Sequence record: MW341595
DNA from: Shigella phage Sfk20
Reading direction: 5' to 3' (one strand)
Length of the DNA stretch: 64,000 nucleotides
Shown here: piece by piece, positions 47,060 to 56,623 of the stretch
Numbering within the stretch: position 1 is the stretch's first letter
How the letters are laid out: every line of letters begins with the position of its first letter
Notes under the pieces: model-generated
What the model was told of the DNA's origin: nothing
Database searches by the model: none
Seen by the model: only the letters and a program-made list of their open reading frames with translations
Made by a program: the position numbers and the translations under genes

Positions 47060-47367
47060 CGTAAATTCCCTGCAATTGGTATACTAACAATACGCCCAGT
47101 ATCTAAAATTCGCCGATATAATCTTTGTGTGTCTACATCAGGCTTAACATGTTTAACTTCTATTTTATTAAACCAAAACTTGCGTGGAGTCTCAACTAAT
47201 CTCGGAATTCCCATACCTAAAGCTAGTCGATACTGATCTTTAAGAGTGGTAAATACTTTATCAGCAATCTCCCTTTCAAAAAATACAGCAGGGCGGTGTT
47301 CATCAAGAGGAACAGGCACTGCAAATCCATCTTTGTCTCTATACACTATCGCATATACATAAAACAT
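47056..47367 (-). CDS. hypothetical protein (103 aa) downstream of dda region
   Basis: ORF track. Confidence 0.55.
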   Translation of the reverse strand: MFYVYAIVYRDKDGFAVPVPLDEHRPAVFFEREIADKVFTTLKDQYRLALGMGIPRLVETPRKFWFNKIEVKHVKPDVDTQRLYRRILDTGRIVSIPIAGNLR

Positions 47368-47368
47368 A

Positions 47369-48115
47369 TTATCCTCGGATAAGTTTAAAAATTGAACAAT
47401 TTAGCGGGTATCCTCTTTTCAGTTTAAGTTTATCAATAAAAGACAAGTTTTGATACCGCTCTACACCTTGAATAATTTTATCACACATATCATATTGCAT
47501 TTCTGCTTCTGACAACTTTTTCACAGTTTTCCAATCAGAGCCTTTAAGAAGAACGTTCAATTTAACAACTTCAGTGCCTTCTGCTATACGAGAACCATCA
47601 ATACGAGCTTTGAGTGCTACAATCGTTAGCTTAATGTCAGAGGTTTGTTTTGATTTAGAAAGCTGAGAAATGTGTTCAATTCGGTTTTCACGTTTTTTCT
47701 GTATAGCTTTAATTTGATTATAAGTCTTTTTGATTTTAGCCCATTTCTTTTCATCTAAATTTAGTTTATGAACTTTTTTCGCAGATGAACGACCAATTCG
47801 CAAAGCAAATAAATCACGCTTTTCAATCAACTCTTCTAAAGTATAATCAGAACGAAATGTATTGTACTTTTTCTTTACTGCAATAACATTCCCTTTAATG
47901 TATCCAACGTTATTATCAAAACGTTCTAATGATAATTTCTCTCCTTCAATACGATTATCAAAAGGTTCTCCTGAGTAAGCGCAAACTTTCTGATCTAAAA
48001 TGTTCTTAATGTAATTGAAGTCTAAGTTAAAATCTTTAGAACGTCTTTTAGCAGATGCCTGGGTATGCTCTAGACGACGTGTAATTTTACGAATTTGATT
48101 TTTAGACAGTTTCAT
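47369..48115 (-). CDS. basic 248-aa protein, possibly Srd
   Basis: ORF track; position between dda and modA as T4 srd; identity from memory only. Confidence 0.5.
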   Translation of the reverse strand: MKLSKNQIRKITRRLEHTQASAKRRSKDFNLDFNYIKNILDQKVCAYSGEPFDNRIEGEKLSLERFDNNVGYIKGNVIAVKKKYNTFRSDYTLEELIEKRDLFALRIGRSSAKKVHKLNLDEKKWAKIKKTYNQIKAIQKKRENRIEHISQLSKSKQTSDIKLTIVALKARIDGSRIAEGTEVVKLNVLLKGSDWKTVKKLSEAEMQYDMCDKIIQGVERYQNLSFIDKLKLKRGYPLNCSIFKLIRG

Positions 48116-48140
48116 ATTTTTCTCACGGACGGGTTTAACT

Positions 48141-48176
48141 ACTTATACTATAACATTTTCACTTCAGCTTGTAAAC
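48141..48176 (-). promoter_or_regulatory. early promoter upstream of the 248-aa ORF
   Basis: minus-sense GTTTAC-18nt-TATAGT. Confidence 0.45.
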
Positions 48177-48232
48177 AACTTTATGAAAAATGCTTTAAAA
48201 CTTTCATGGTATAATGAATCTAAGTCCTTCCA

Positions 48233-48835
48233 TTATAGATTAAATCCTTCAAAATCAAGAGTATAGATAGTGTATGTTGAATACTTTTTATACTCGTATC
48301 TATCCGCAATTCTAAATACGCTTCCAGCTGGTATCATTACTTCTTGTTCATCTGAAACTAATTCCATATTACGATAGCGATGGCTATCTGGAAACTTAAA
48401 ACTTGGACTATATTCTTTACAGCGTAGAGCTTTTATAGCATACTCCTGGAAATTAAACACCATAGGAGCTTTGAATTCAAAAATAACTTGCGTGTTGTAT
48501 TCTAATCCAGAAGCAAAATGTAGAGCTATATTTTTATCATATGAAGCTGATACTACTTTATCAAATGTAATAATATCAATTCCTTGATTTAACACCTGCT
48601 TAGTCTCAACTGGAACACCTCTCCAAAGAGGTTTATCGTTTGGTTCCAAACGAGATTTGATTATTTCATTTAACCAAGAATGATCGTCTGGCTTATTAGT
48701 AATACAATGAATTAAAAGTTCAATTTCGGATAAATTAAATCCTTCAGAAAGTAATTCTTCACGAATAGAAGCACGCACAGATGCATCCATTGATTTGATT
48801 TTAAAATCTTTTAATTGCATTGCTGAATATTTCAT
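48233..48835 (-). CDS. modA: ADP-ribosyltransferase ModA
   Basis: 200 aa; paralogous to adjacent ORF; length/position as T4 ModA. Confidence 0.75.
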   Translation of the reverse strand: MKYSAMQLKDFKIKSMDASVRASIREELLSEGFNLSEIELLIHCITNKPDDHSWLNEIIKSRLEPNDKPLWRGVPVETKQVLNQGIDIITFDKVVSASYDKNIALHFASGLEYNTQVIFEFKAPMVFNFQEYAIKALRCKEYSPSFKFPDSHRYRNMELVSDEQEVMIPAGSVFRIADRYEYKKYSTYTIYTLDFEGFNL

Positions 48836-49455
48836 TCAACTACCTCAATATCATACACTTTAAATGTTCCAAATGAATCGTGTAATTTTTCTTTTGAAAT
48901 AGAAGTTATTTTATACTTTCCAATTGGAATCATCCATTCTTGTTCACGCACAATCATCATTAAGTTATCAGTACGTTCTGAATCTAATCCATCAGTATCT
49001 TCATATGTATACTTAAACTCAGTATTAGGAGAAGAAAGTATAATATCACTGATATGGTCAGAATAATTAAAAGCTTTATCAGTTTTTAAGCGAAATATTA
49101 TTTCAGTGGAATATTCAACATAAGAAAAACCACATGCTGTGTGCAAACTAGTAGTAAATGAATCTACTCTGTTCGTTGAAAACACTTCTCCGACTTGTAA
49201 ATCTTTAATGAGTTCTTTTGTCGATTTTGATATACCACGATATAGCTGATAAGGCGATTTAGTTAAATGCTTTTTAACGATTTTATTCAACTGCCGGTGA
49301 AGAGCTTCATTCTTTTTGGCTTCCATACATTGCCAAAGAACTGACTGTTCAAAGTCAGTAAATTTTTCACAGACCTTTTTATACATATCATATTGAAAAT
49401 CGACACTTTCAGCTTTTATAGATAACTGTTCAACATCTGCAAGATTAATAATCAT
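48832..49455 (-). CDS. modB: ADP-ribosyltransferase ModB
   Basis: 207 aa; paralogue of ModA; length/position as T4 ModB. Confidence 0.75.
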   Translation of the reverse strand: MIINLADVEQLSIKAESVDFQYDMYKKVCEKFTDFEQSVLWQCMEAKKNEALHRQLNKIVKKHLTKSPYQLYRGISKSTKELIKDLQVGEVFSTNRVDSFTTSLHTACGFSYVEYSTEIIFRLKTDKAFNYSDHISDIILSSPNTEFKYTYEDTDGLDSERTDNLMMIVREQEWMIPIGKYKITSISKEKLHDSFGTFKVYDIEVVE

Positions 49456-49474
49456 GATAGCCTCCGTATACTTC

Positions 49475-49511
49475 AGAAGCTATCATATCATTGTTAGGAA
49501 GGAAAGTAAAC
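49475..49511 (-). promoter_or_regulatory. early promoter upstream of modB
   Basis: minus-sense GTTTAC-18nt-TATGAT. Confidence 0.5.
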
Positions 49512-49522
49512 AACTTTTTGAA

Positions 49523-49705
49523 TTATTTTGCCCAGGGAGCCCAGGGCGGAGGGTCAAGATGGTATGAAGCTAGTTCTTCTAGAAGAGCATCTGGGGCTTC
49601 AATTCCATAATTCTGTAATACTATACGGTACTCTTTCTTATAATCACTAGAATCATTCTGGTTATTCGTAGAATGATTATCTTCTAACATCTCAAATAAA
49701 TCCAT
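49523..49705 (-). CDS. hypothetical protein (60 aa)
   Basis: ORF track. Confidence 0.45.
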   Translation of the reverse strand: MDLFEMLEDNHSTNNQNDSSDYKKEYRIVLQNYGIEAPDALLEELASYHLDPPPWAPWAK

Positions 49706-49713
49706 ATTAATTC

Positions 49714-50184
49714 CTAGCGATAAAAACCAAAATGACGATTAGCTTCAATAATCTTTCTTTCTTCTTCTGACATTCTCCAGCGTAGTCCAACATCAAAATG
49801 AGCCCAGACCATCTTAACAAATGCATTTATATCTTTAATATCTTCAATAATGAATGTTTTACTTTTATAAGGTTGACTAGCTAATTTAACTTTATCGTCT
49901 TCAAACAGGTCAAAAAGACCATATTCATGAGCTCTTTTATAGCCTTTAATAGTTAAAGCTTCAGAAGAAGAAAACGGTGAATCGGTATTCTGTAAAATAT
50001 CTTCAGTATGCTTTATAATTAGAATAACATTTTCTGGATATTTTCTTTCTTTTATATCTTTAATTAAAAAATCCGGATTTTCTGCTAAAGGAATAATTAA
50101 TGAGCAATTTTTATTAAGTGTATTTACTGATTTACCTTCTTTAGACATAAATTCTATTGAATATCGTTTTGCTACTTCAATCAT
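49714..50184 (-). CDS. hypothetical protein (156 aa)
   Basis: ORF track. Confidence 0.55.
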   Translation of the reverse strand: MIEVAKRYSIEFMSKEGKSVNTLNKNCSLIIPLAENPDFLIKDIKERKYPENVILIIKHTEDILQNTDSPFSSSEALTIKGYKRAHEYGLFDLFEDDKVKLASQPYKSKTFIIEDIKDINAFVKMVWAHFDVGLRWRMSEEERKIIEANRHFGFYR

Positions 50185-50337
50185 GTGATTTCCTTTTGCC
50201 TACTAATGGACCGTCAGGAATTTTGTTTTCCTGGATATATTTCTCATTTTCTTCCATCATTTTACTGCCAATTTTAAGAAGCAAATCCATTGCTTCATTT
50301 GCTTTAGCTTTAGCCTCTTCTAACGTCATATCTCTGT
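50184..50337 (-). CDS. small hypothetical protein (about 50 aa)
   Basis: manual translation [28 protein letters not shown]...; fills gap between track ORFs. Confidence 0.3.
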
Positions 50338-50541
50338 TCACGATTTATCCCCATAGATGTCTCTCATCAATTTAAGCGCTGAGCGTTCTAATTTCTTTTC
50401 TTTCTCGGCACTAATCATTGATTTCATCCATTCTTCTGATTCATTCTGCATTTCTTTATTTGCTTGTTCAACCCAACCATCATCAATATACATTGAGTTT
50501 GGTCTATTGAACCATTCAAGCATTTTCTTCAGAACTTTCAT
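50338..50541 (-). CDS. hypothetical protein (67 aa)
   Basis: ORF track. Confidence 0.5.
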   Translation of the reverse strand: MKVLKKMLEWFNRPNSMYIDDGWVEQANKEMQNESEEWMKSMISAEKEKKLERSALKLMRDIYGDKS

Positions 50542-51013
50542 TTGTTTTACCTAAAATAACAGTAGGAGCATCATCAAATTCATGAATTTTTAGCAAATTT
50601 GGATGTAAACTATTCCATACAGAAGAAATAAAGTATGATAAAGCATCTTCACTTGCAATTATAAATTTATTTCCTTTATCTATTTTCCAACTATATACTG
50701 AATCATACGAATAAAAAGATAAAGGTTTATCATTATATTGTTCTGCGCTAACATTAATGTATTCTGATTTAGTAAATGCTTCAATTGCTCTAAATGGAAT
50801 ATTTGGTACAGTTTCAATAATACCAATCTTTTTAAGTTTTATTTCAGCATCTTCTGGAACTGGCATTGAAACGAAATTTTCTACGAGATACATTGGGTCA
50901 CAATAACCCTTATCAATCATTACTGCTACGGTAATTGGAACGTCTTTAGCAAACGACAAACTATTACTGCTAATATACATTTCAAACAAAATCGCTTCCA
51001 TAATTTTCCTCAA
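50516..51013 (-). CDS. hypothetical protein (165 aa)
   Basis: ORF track. Confidence 0.55.
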   Translation of the reverse strand: MRKIMEAILFEMYISSNSLSFAKDVPITVAVMIDKGYCDPMYLVENFVSMPVPEDAEIKLKKIGIIETVPNIPFRAIEAFTKSEYINVSAEQYNDKPLSFYSYDSVYSWKIDKGNKFIIASEDALSYFISSVWNSLHPNLLKIHEFDDAPTVILGKTNESSEENA

Positions 51014-51348
51014 TCACAAGATGTAGATGAACAACTAGAATCACAAGAACTTCCACATGAATCGCCCGTCCATACATGAACAGGAACATTAGTATCATAT
51101 GAATCAGAACTAGACTGTGTATTCTGCGCATTAGATGATGTAGGTGTTGACCAACGCCAAGGATTTTTATAATATTCCTGGGCTTCTTCATAAGTCATAG
51201 TAACTGCTTCTACTGTTCCATCTCCCATATAAACATATTCAACTACAGTTAAAGGGAGGTAGTCATTTGAAATAGGAACTACACCTTCTCCGGGAGTCGT
51301 AGAGAAAAAATCCGTAAAGAAACTTTTAAACCAATTAAAGATAAACAT
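51010..51348 (-). CDS. hypothetical protein with Ser/Cys-rich C-terminal tail (112 aa)
   Basis: ORF track; C-terminus ...[20 protein letters not shown]. Confidence 0.5.
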   Translation of the reverse strand: MFIFNWFKSFFTDFFSTTPGEGVVPISNDYLPLTVVEYVYMGDGTVEAVTMTYEEAQEYYKNPWRWSTPTSSNAQNTQSSSDSYDTNVPVHVWTGDSCGSSCDSSCSSTSCD

Positions 51349-51560
51349 TACAAAAAGCCTCTTTGAAATTCGACTCTTTGAAATCCACCCCAGTCAGTGT
51401 ATCGCATTTCAGCATTGAACTCGACTGAACCATCTGCATGCATCATGAATGAATGCGTGACGATATCACAATCCCAGCTTTTCATACCCCATTTATCAGA
51501 GATAGCTTTATCAAGAACCTTCTGGAGGTCTTCATTTGGTTTAATCCAACGATTTAACAT
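51348..51560 (-). CDS. hypothetical protein (70 aa)
   Basis: ORF track; early promoter 51583-51616 upstream. Confidence 0.5.
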   Translation of the reverse strand: MLNRWIKPNEDLQKVLDKAISDKWGMKSWDCDIVTHSFMMHADGSVEFNAEMRYTDWGGFQRVEFQRGFL

Positions 51561-51582
51561 AGTGCTCTCCTCTATAAGATAA

Positions 51583-51616
51583 TTCTATTATACCATACTT
51601 GTTTTGGAAAGTAAAC
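51583..51616 (-). promoter_or_regulatory. early promoter
   Basis: minus-sense GTTTAC-17nt-TATAAT. Confidence 0.5.
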
Positions 51617-51658
51617 CGGTAAAATGAAAAAAGGACTCCCGAAGGAGTCCTTGAATTA

Positions 51659-51904
51659 TTAACCACCAGTTACTTTCCACAAATCTTCGTTTGCAGTAAT
51701 CCATGCATCACGTTGATTTTCTTCGTATACAGTAGTATATGCTGCTTTTTCTGAAGGGAATGTCTGGTAATGAGCGCCAGAAATTTTGTGAACGTCAGAA
51801 TAAAGAGGGAAAGCTACAGAAATTTCCTTTCCTTCAATTTTCTTATTTCCATCTAATTTCTGCTCAAATGTTTTAATATTAACATAACCGCGAGTACTAG
51901 CCAT
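51659..51904 (-). CDS. soc: small outer capsid protein Soc
   Basis: 81 aa; matches T4 Soc. Confidence 0.9.
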   Translation of the reverse strand: MASTRGYVNIKTFEQKLDGNKKIEGKEISVAFPLYSDVHKISGAHYQTFPSEKAAYTTVYEENQRDAWITANEDLWKVTGG

Positions 51905-51976
51905 GTAATTCTCCTTTTATTTAAATTACATGACTATTTATAATAAATTCTCACAGCTTTTAAGCCGTCGTTTATA

Positions 51977-52495
51977 TTAATAACCTCGGTCTTGACGAGC
52001 GAAGTTTTCAGCATTTTTCAGATAATAAAGTTTAAAGATTTCTTCAGCCGTAAGACCGAGACCTTGGAACATGTTCAGAACGAAATGAAGAATATCAATC
52101 ATTTCGAATTTAATTTCCAACTGGTCTTGTGGAGATAAGTCAGTAATCAGAGTTTCACGACGTTCACCGTGTTGCGACTTCCAAGGCTTCCATACAGCAG
52201 ATGCATCTTTTTCGCCATTGCTCATACCACCAAGAGAAGTCAGAAGTTCGCGGAATTCATCATCAATATAATCTTTCTGATTACGCAGCCAATCAACAAC
52301 TTCACCTGCAGTAGCCAAATCATCAGGATGACGGTTATATTCAGGTTTATCTTTAGCTAAACGAACCTGCAGAGATTTCTGCATATCAAGCATAACTTGC
52401 AACGGATCTTTTTCATCACCGAGAATATCCCAGTATTCATTTTGAGCTTTATCAGCGCCTTCAATCAGTTGACTACATTCATTAAAGTAAGCCAT
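51977..52495 (-). CDS. 56: dCTP pyrophosphatase gp56
   Basis: about 172 aa from internal ATG (MAYFNECSQLIEGADKAQNEYWD...); matches T4 gp56. Confidence 0.9.
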   Translation of the reverse strand: MAYFNECSQLIEGADKAQNEYWDILGDEKDPLQVMLDMQKSLQVRLAKDKPEYNRHPDDLATAGEVVDWLRNQKDYIDDEFRELLTSLGGMSNGEKDASAVWKPWKSQHGERRETLITDLSPQDQLEIKFEMIDILHFVLNMFQGLGLTAEEIFKLYYLKNAENFARQDRGY

Positions 52496-52529
52496 TATTT
52501 TTCCTTTCAATTCATGGGTTAGTAGATTA

Positions 52530-52555
52530 ATTATACAATAAATATATAAAGCAAT
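52530..52555 (-). promoter_or_regulatory. MotA-dependent middle promoter for gene 56
   Basis: minus-sense ATTGCTTTA (MotA box) -11nt- TATAAT. Confidence 0.55.
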
Positions 52556-52566
52556 AAGGAGGACAT

Positions 52567-52767
52567 ATGGTACAAAAATTAATGGCACTTGTTAATGCCA
52601 TAAAAGGTAATAAAAAACGTATAGCTTTTACTATTTCTGCTATGGTAGGAATTTTACTCTGGAATTTTGTTTTATCACCAATTGCTATTGCTCATGGTGT
52701 TAATATTCCAGTAATTACTCTTGATACATTCGTAGATTTAGCATTTGCTTTGGTTGGGTTAATTTAA
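52567..52767 (+). CDS. plus-strand small membrane protein (66 aa)
   Basis: ORF track; AAGGAGG RBS 6 nt before ATG; hydrophobic segments; lies antisense to the 61-56 intergenic region. Confidence 0.4.
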   Translation: MVQKLMALVNAIKGNKKRIAFTISAMVGILLWNFVLSPIAIAHGVNIPVITLDTFVDLAFALVGLI

Positions 52768-53792
52768 ATCTTAGCATATTTAGATAGCCGCATTTTAGCC
52801 ATCAACCCTTGGGCAATATTATTTTTCATATATTCCATAATTTGTTCAGGGGTTGCACCTTCCTTTCTAATCATATCATTAACATCTTTTGATTTCCAGG
52901 GAGATTTATCCCAAAACATAACCCTTTCTCCTGCATCAACTAATTTAGTCATTCGTTTAATAGTGTCAGGGTGACGAGGTTCATTATCTAAAACCCACAC
53001 ACGTCTATCTTTAAATGGAACAATTTCTAGGTCTAATTGACCACCCGTAATAGCTATACCATTTTCAATAAAAAGTGAATCTATAGGTCCTTCTAGAACA
53101 TATACATCACCATCTTTGACTCGTTCAACTCCATAGATTTTTGTTGCCTCAGGATAAGCTTTGATGGTGATATATTTTTGAGGAGCATCTTTCTTTAATG
53201 CACGTCCTTGAAAAGACTCGGCTTTTCCGTTAGCGTTATAAATTGGAATAACAAGACGAGGCTCGGGCATTTCCTTTTTATATGTTCCTGGCGCTATACT
53301 ATTAACTAATTTAGGCCATTCGGTTGTAAACCAAAGATATTTCCATTTATTCTTTGGAATACAACGAGCTTTTACATATTTTATAATTGGATGGTCTTCC
53401 GCCAGTTTATCTAATCTAATGCATGACGGAAGAGATTTAATTATTTTCTTCTCAGGTTGTTTAGGAAGTTCTTTAGGTTTTTCTACTGGACGACTTTTAC
53501 CTTTTTCTTTTCTTATTTCAAAGATATACTCACGATATAAATCAGGTTCAAACTCCTTTAAATATATTCCAATTGGTGCATGATAGTTACAGTTATAACA
53601 ATGAATATTTCCTTCATTATTATCGCCATAATACCATCCACGGGCTTTATTTTGATCGGTTTTTGAATCTCCACAAACAGGGCATCTAAACCGTAATTTA
53701 AAAGTTGAACTATTATTTACTTGTGCGAATTTAGGTAAATGAGCCAATGCACGGTATGCAAACTCATTATCAATCCAAGGTATTGATGACAT
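52764..53792 (-). CDS. 61: DNA primase gp61
   Basis: 342 aa; zinc ribbon CPVCGD...CYNC and TOPRIM; matches T4 gp61. Confidence 0.95.
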   Translation of the reverse strand: MSSIPWIDNEFAYRALAHLPKFAQVNNSSTFKLRFRCPVCGDSKTDQNKARGWYYGDNNEGNIHCYNCNYHAPIGIYLKEFEPDLYREYIFEIRKEKGKSRPVEKPKELPKQPEKKIIKSLPSCIRLDKLAEDHPIIKYVKARCIPKNKWKYLWFTTEWPKLVNSIAPGTYKKEMPEPRLVIPIYNANGKAESFQGRALKKDAPQKYITIKAYPEATKIYGVERVKDGDVYVLEGPIDSLFIENGIAITGGQLDLEIVPFKDRRVWVLDNEPRHPDTIKRMTKLVDAGERVMFWDKSPWKSKDVNDMIRKEGATPEQIMEYMKNNIAQGLMAKMRLSKYAKI

Positions 53793-53794
53793 TT

Positions 53795-53959
53795 TTACTC
53801 TTCTTTTTCTTTAGATTCCTCTTTTTTCTTTTTAGGAATCTGTTCAGGACCTTTATTTACTACAGCGCCTGACGTTGTTCCAGTAGAGATATTTTCAGGA
53901 TTACCACCTGAATCTCCAGCTACCATATCTTCTTTGATAAATTCTTTAAACGTTTTCAT
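53795..53959 (-). CDS. small Gly/Lys-rich protein (54 aa)
   Basis: manual translation MKTFKEFIKEDMVAGDSGGNPENIS...KKKKEESKEKEE; stop adjacent to gene 61 start. Confidence 0.35.
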   Translation of the reverse strand: MKTFKEFIKEDMVAGDSGGNPENISTGTTSGAVVNKGPEQIPKKKKEESKEKEE

Positions 53960-53971
53960 ATTAGCCTCTAA

Positions 53972-54265
53972 TTATTCACCTACCACTTCAGCGATGATAT
54001 TTTTATTATTAAAGTTTTTATCGCAATACAGAACATAATTATACTGCATTACACCACCAGACTTAAGCTGTTTTTGCACTTCGGCTTTCATTTCAGGGCG
54101 ATCACGCTCAACGATATTCATAATATCTGCTTCAATTTGAGTTTCAACCTCAGTCTGATCTGCAGTCATAGACCATTCACACAAATCTTTGTCATAACCC
54201 GCCATAGCAGGCTGAGCAGCACAAGAAGATAAAGCAAAAATTGTAGCAAAGATAAATTTTTTCAT
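53972..54265 (-). CDS. sp: periplasmic protein, Spackle-like (signal peptide)
   Basis: 97 aa; cleavable signal peptide MKKFIFATIFALSSCAAQPAMA; position between 61 and 41. Confidence 0.6.
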   Translation of the reverse strand: MKKFIFATIFALSSCAAQPAMAGYDKDLCEWSMTADQTEVETQIEADIMNIVERDRPEMKAEVQKQLKSGGVMQYNYVLYCDKNFNNKNIIAEVVGE

Positions 54266-54323
54266 GATAATCTCCTCAGTAGTTTATGTTTATAGTATCT
54301 CAATTTCTAATAAAAGTAAACAG

Positions 54324-54581
54324 TTATTTTAAAACTTCTGCATAATCACATGTTACAAACTGTTTCTCTAACTTGGCGATTTTACGAAAGTATCTTTTGC
54401 ATTGACGAATCTGTCGCTTTGTAGGGCGCACAGCAAACTTAATAAATTCCACTCGACCAAATGGAGGGCTTTCTTCTGCCGGAATATCTAATACTAATTC
54501 CCACGTATCTGCAATAAGTGCTTTGAATTGAGTATTTTTCCTGACGTTATACGGTGTAGGTTTAAATAAAACAATATGCAT
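54324..54581 (-). CDS. hypothetical protein (about 85 aa from internal ATG)
   Basis: track ORF 54324..54623; ATG MHIVLFKPTPY... preceded by GAGGA RBS. Confidence 0.55.
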   Translation of the reverse strand: MHIVLFKPTPYNVRKNTQFKALIADTWELVLDIPAEESPPFGRVEFIKFAVRPTKRQIRQCKRYFRKIAKLEKQFVTCDYAEVLK

Positions 54582-54582
54582 A

Positions 54583-54765
54583 TTATCCTCGGCAATCCAC
54601 TTCGCATACTTTCTTGTCATCAATGAAAGCTTTAACTAATGCTTTATTAACTTCAGCATATTGAGTAGTAGCCCATTGAACGTCATCTTTCATCATTGTG
54701 ATTTCTTTAGTAAACATGCTTTCATTCTTAAACCACCCCATAAAAACTACCTTTACCAATTCCAT
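54583..54765 (-). CDS. dmd: 60-aa protein, probable Dmd antitoxin (inhibitor of host RnlA/LsoA)
   Basis: 60 aa, immediately downstream of gene 41 with own early promoter; identity from length/position and memory. Confidence 0.55.
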   Translation of the reverse strand: MELVKVVFMGWFKNESMFTKEITMMKDDVQWATTQYAEVNKALVKAFIDDKKVCEVDCRG

Positions 54766-54787
54766 AACAATCTCCTCATTTAACCAA

Positions 54788-54824
54788 CAAGACTACTATA
54801 CCATAGTCTTGTCGGCTTGTAAAC
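54788..54824 (-). promoter_or_regulatory. early promoter with 9-bp stem-loop (PeSL-like) for dmd
   Basis: minus-sense GTTTAC ... CAAGACTA-TGGTA-TAGTCTTG; overlaps gene 41 stop. Confidence 0.55.
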
Positions 54825-56251
54825 TAAAATTTTAATTCATTTGCCAAAGCATCTAACTGAGCTCGAGCTGATTCGTTTCTTTGATAGCGATTCTGTTCAG
54901 CCTGAATCTGCTGTGAACCTGCTACTTCGTTCACTTCGGTTGGAGTAGAATCTTGCTCAATTTCTACCCATTTTTGATTTCCTTTTTGAACACCCATCAA
55001 AAACTTATTCCATTTATTCTTATCACCATATCGTGATTTGATTTGCTTAATGAGTTGTTGTTCAGCGGCTGCTAACTCCTCGGTTTCAATGACCGCAAGC
55101 ATAAAATCGGCTGTTGCTGGAAGACCGGCAGATTCTGCAATATCGCTCATGTTAACATCAGAAGAATCCCAAGCTTGTTTACCAACTTGTGCTGCGGTCC
55201 AAAGAACAGTTTCGGTTTCAACAGCCAGAGCACGCAATTCCTCTGCGATAGCTTTAACAGTTGTGTAACTATTTTCTGAATAAACTCTAATGCGGCAAGA
55301 TTTACAAATACCCAGATAGTCAACAATAATGATTGTTGGAACAAAATTCTTCTTGAGCTTCAATTCATTCAAGAGAGACCTGAATGTATTAGCGTCTGCT
55401 CCACCAGTAGGATACTGTTTAACGATTAAACGGCCGAGAGTAGATTTCTCACGCCATTTTTCCATTTTTCCTTTATACTCAGCGTAAGAAATATGCCCAT
55501 CATCAATGTCATCAAGAGAAACATCAAGCATATTAGCATCAATACGCTTAGCACAGACTTCTTCTGCCATTTCCATGGAAATGTAAAGAACATTATGTCC
55601 GAGCTGCAAATAATCTGCTGCCAATGAACACAATCCTAATGACTTACCGACGTTAACACCAGCCATTAAAACGTTCAGTGTTCCAGTTTCAGCTCCGCCT
55701 TTAGTAATTTTATTTAGAATTTTGAGTCTAAATGGAACCTTACGAGCTTTATTCATATAAGATAGCCAACGTGCTTCGTAGTCATCCATCCAATCATGAC
55801 CAACGTAACTATCAAATGAAATTGATAATGCTTGGCGCATGATGTCAGGAATAGCACCAACATCCGGCATTTTCTTATTTCGTTTTTCCGGAGGAAGCTC
55901 AGCATTAGTTTGAATTTCAATTATTTTAGATGTGGCGTTAAACATCGCCCTTTGCTGAACATATTTTTCTGTTTCTTTTACTAACCAGCTGTGGTCTTCT
56001 GGAGAATCGGCTAGTTTCGAAATAAGTGTTTTTACACCAGAATATTCTGTTTCAGTAAATGAACTATTTTCTAATGCAACATTTAACGCATTAATAGATG
56101 GAACGCTATGGTACTCATTAACATGAGATTTAATTAATTTGAATGTATTTTTAGCTGGACCACTTTCAAAATATTCTGAATCCATATATGGCCAAACTTT
56201 TGAAAAATAAGCTTGATCAAATATGAGATGAGAAAGAATAATTTCTACCAC
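54824..56251 (-). CDS. 41: replicative DNA helicase gp41
   Basis: 475 aa; DnaB-like Walker A GVNVGKS; matches T4 gp41. Confidence 0.95.
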   Translation of the reverse strand: MVEIILSHLIFDQAYFSKVWPYMDSEYFESGPAKNTFKLIKSHVNEYHSVPSINALNVALENSSFTETEYSGVKTLISKLADSPEDHSWLVKETEKYVQQRAMFNATSKIIEIQTNAELPPEKRNKKMPDVGAIPDIMRQALSISFDSYVGHDWMDDYEARWLSYMNKARKVPFRLKILNKITKGGAETGTLNVLMAGVNVGKSLGLCSLAADYLQLGHNVLYISMEMAEEVCAKRIDANMLDVSLDDIDDGHISYAEYKGKMEKWREKSTLGRLIVKQYPTGGADANTFRSLLNELKLKKNFVPTIIIVDYLGICKSCRIRVYSENSYTTVKAIAEELRALAVETETVLWTAAQVGKQAWDSSDVNMSDIAESAGLPATADFMLAVIETEELAAAEQQLIKQIKSRYGDKNKWNKFLMGVQKGNQKWVEIEQDSTPTEVNEVAGSQQIQAEQNRYQRNESARAQLDALANELKF

Positions 56252-56260
56252 ACTTACTCC

Positions 56261-56623
56261 TTAAAAGAATTTAAATTTTTTCTTTGACCTTTTATTAAAT
56301 GCATCTTGTAGCTGCATTGTAATACATTTTTCTACATGAGGAGCTAACTCAGCTTTTCTTTCTTGGTCAAGAACAGCAAAGTCCATTACGACTTTTCCAT
56401 CAACCCAATCTAATTTTGTCACATACACAATGTGTGTAGAACCGTCTTCTAGTTTAATGACAATCTCCTGGATAACATTTTCCATGGCAGATTTAATTAT
56501 CTTAAGAGATTCATTAAAAAGACGTTCTTTTCTTTCTTCTTCCCCCTCCGAAGAGGGGGATTCGTCGATAATTTCTAGATCTAAATCCAAATCATCTTTA
56601 TTCATTAAATTCTTCCATATCAC
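56261..56623 (-). CDS. 40: gp40-like acidic protein (120 aa)
   Basis: position between uvsX and 41 as T4 gene 40; contains internal GC hairpin. Confidence 0.6.
   Translation of the reverse strand: MIWKNLMNKDDLDLDLEIIDESPSSEGEEERKERLFNESLKIIKSAMENVIQEIVIKLEDGSTHIVYVTKLDWVDGKVVMDFAVLDQERKAELAPHVEKCITMQLQDAFNKRSKKKFKFF

Noticed and set aside
47369-48115. HNH homing endonuclease assignment for the 248-aa basic protein
   Set aside because: No HNH histidine/zinc motif found; position fits the T4 srd locus instead, though that identity is also tentative.
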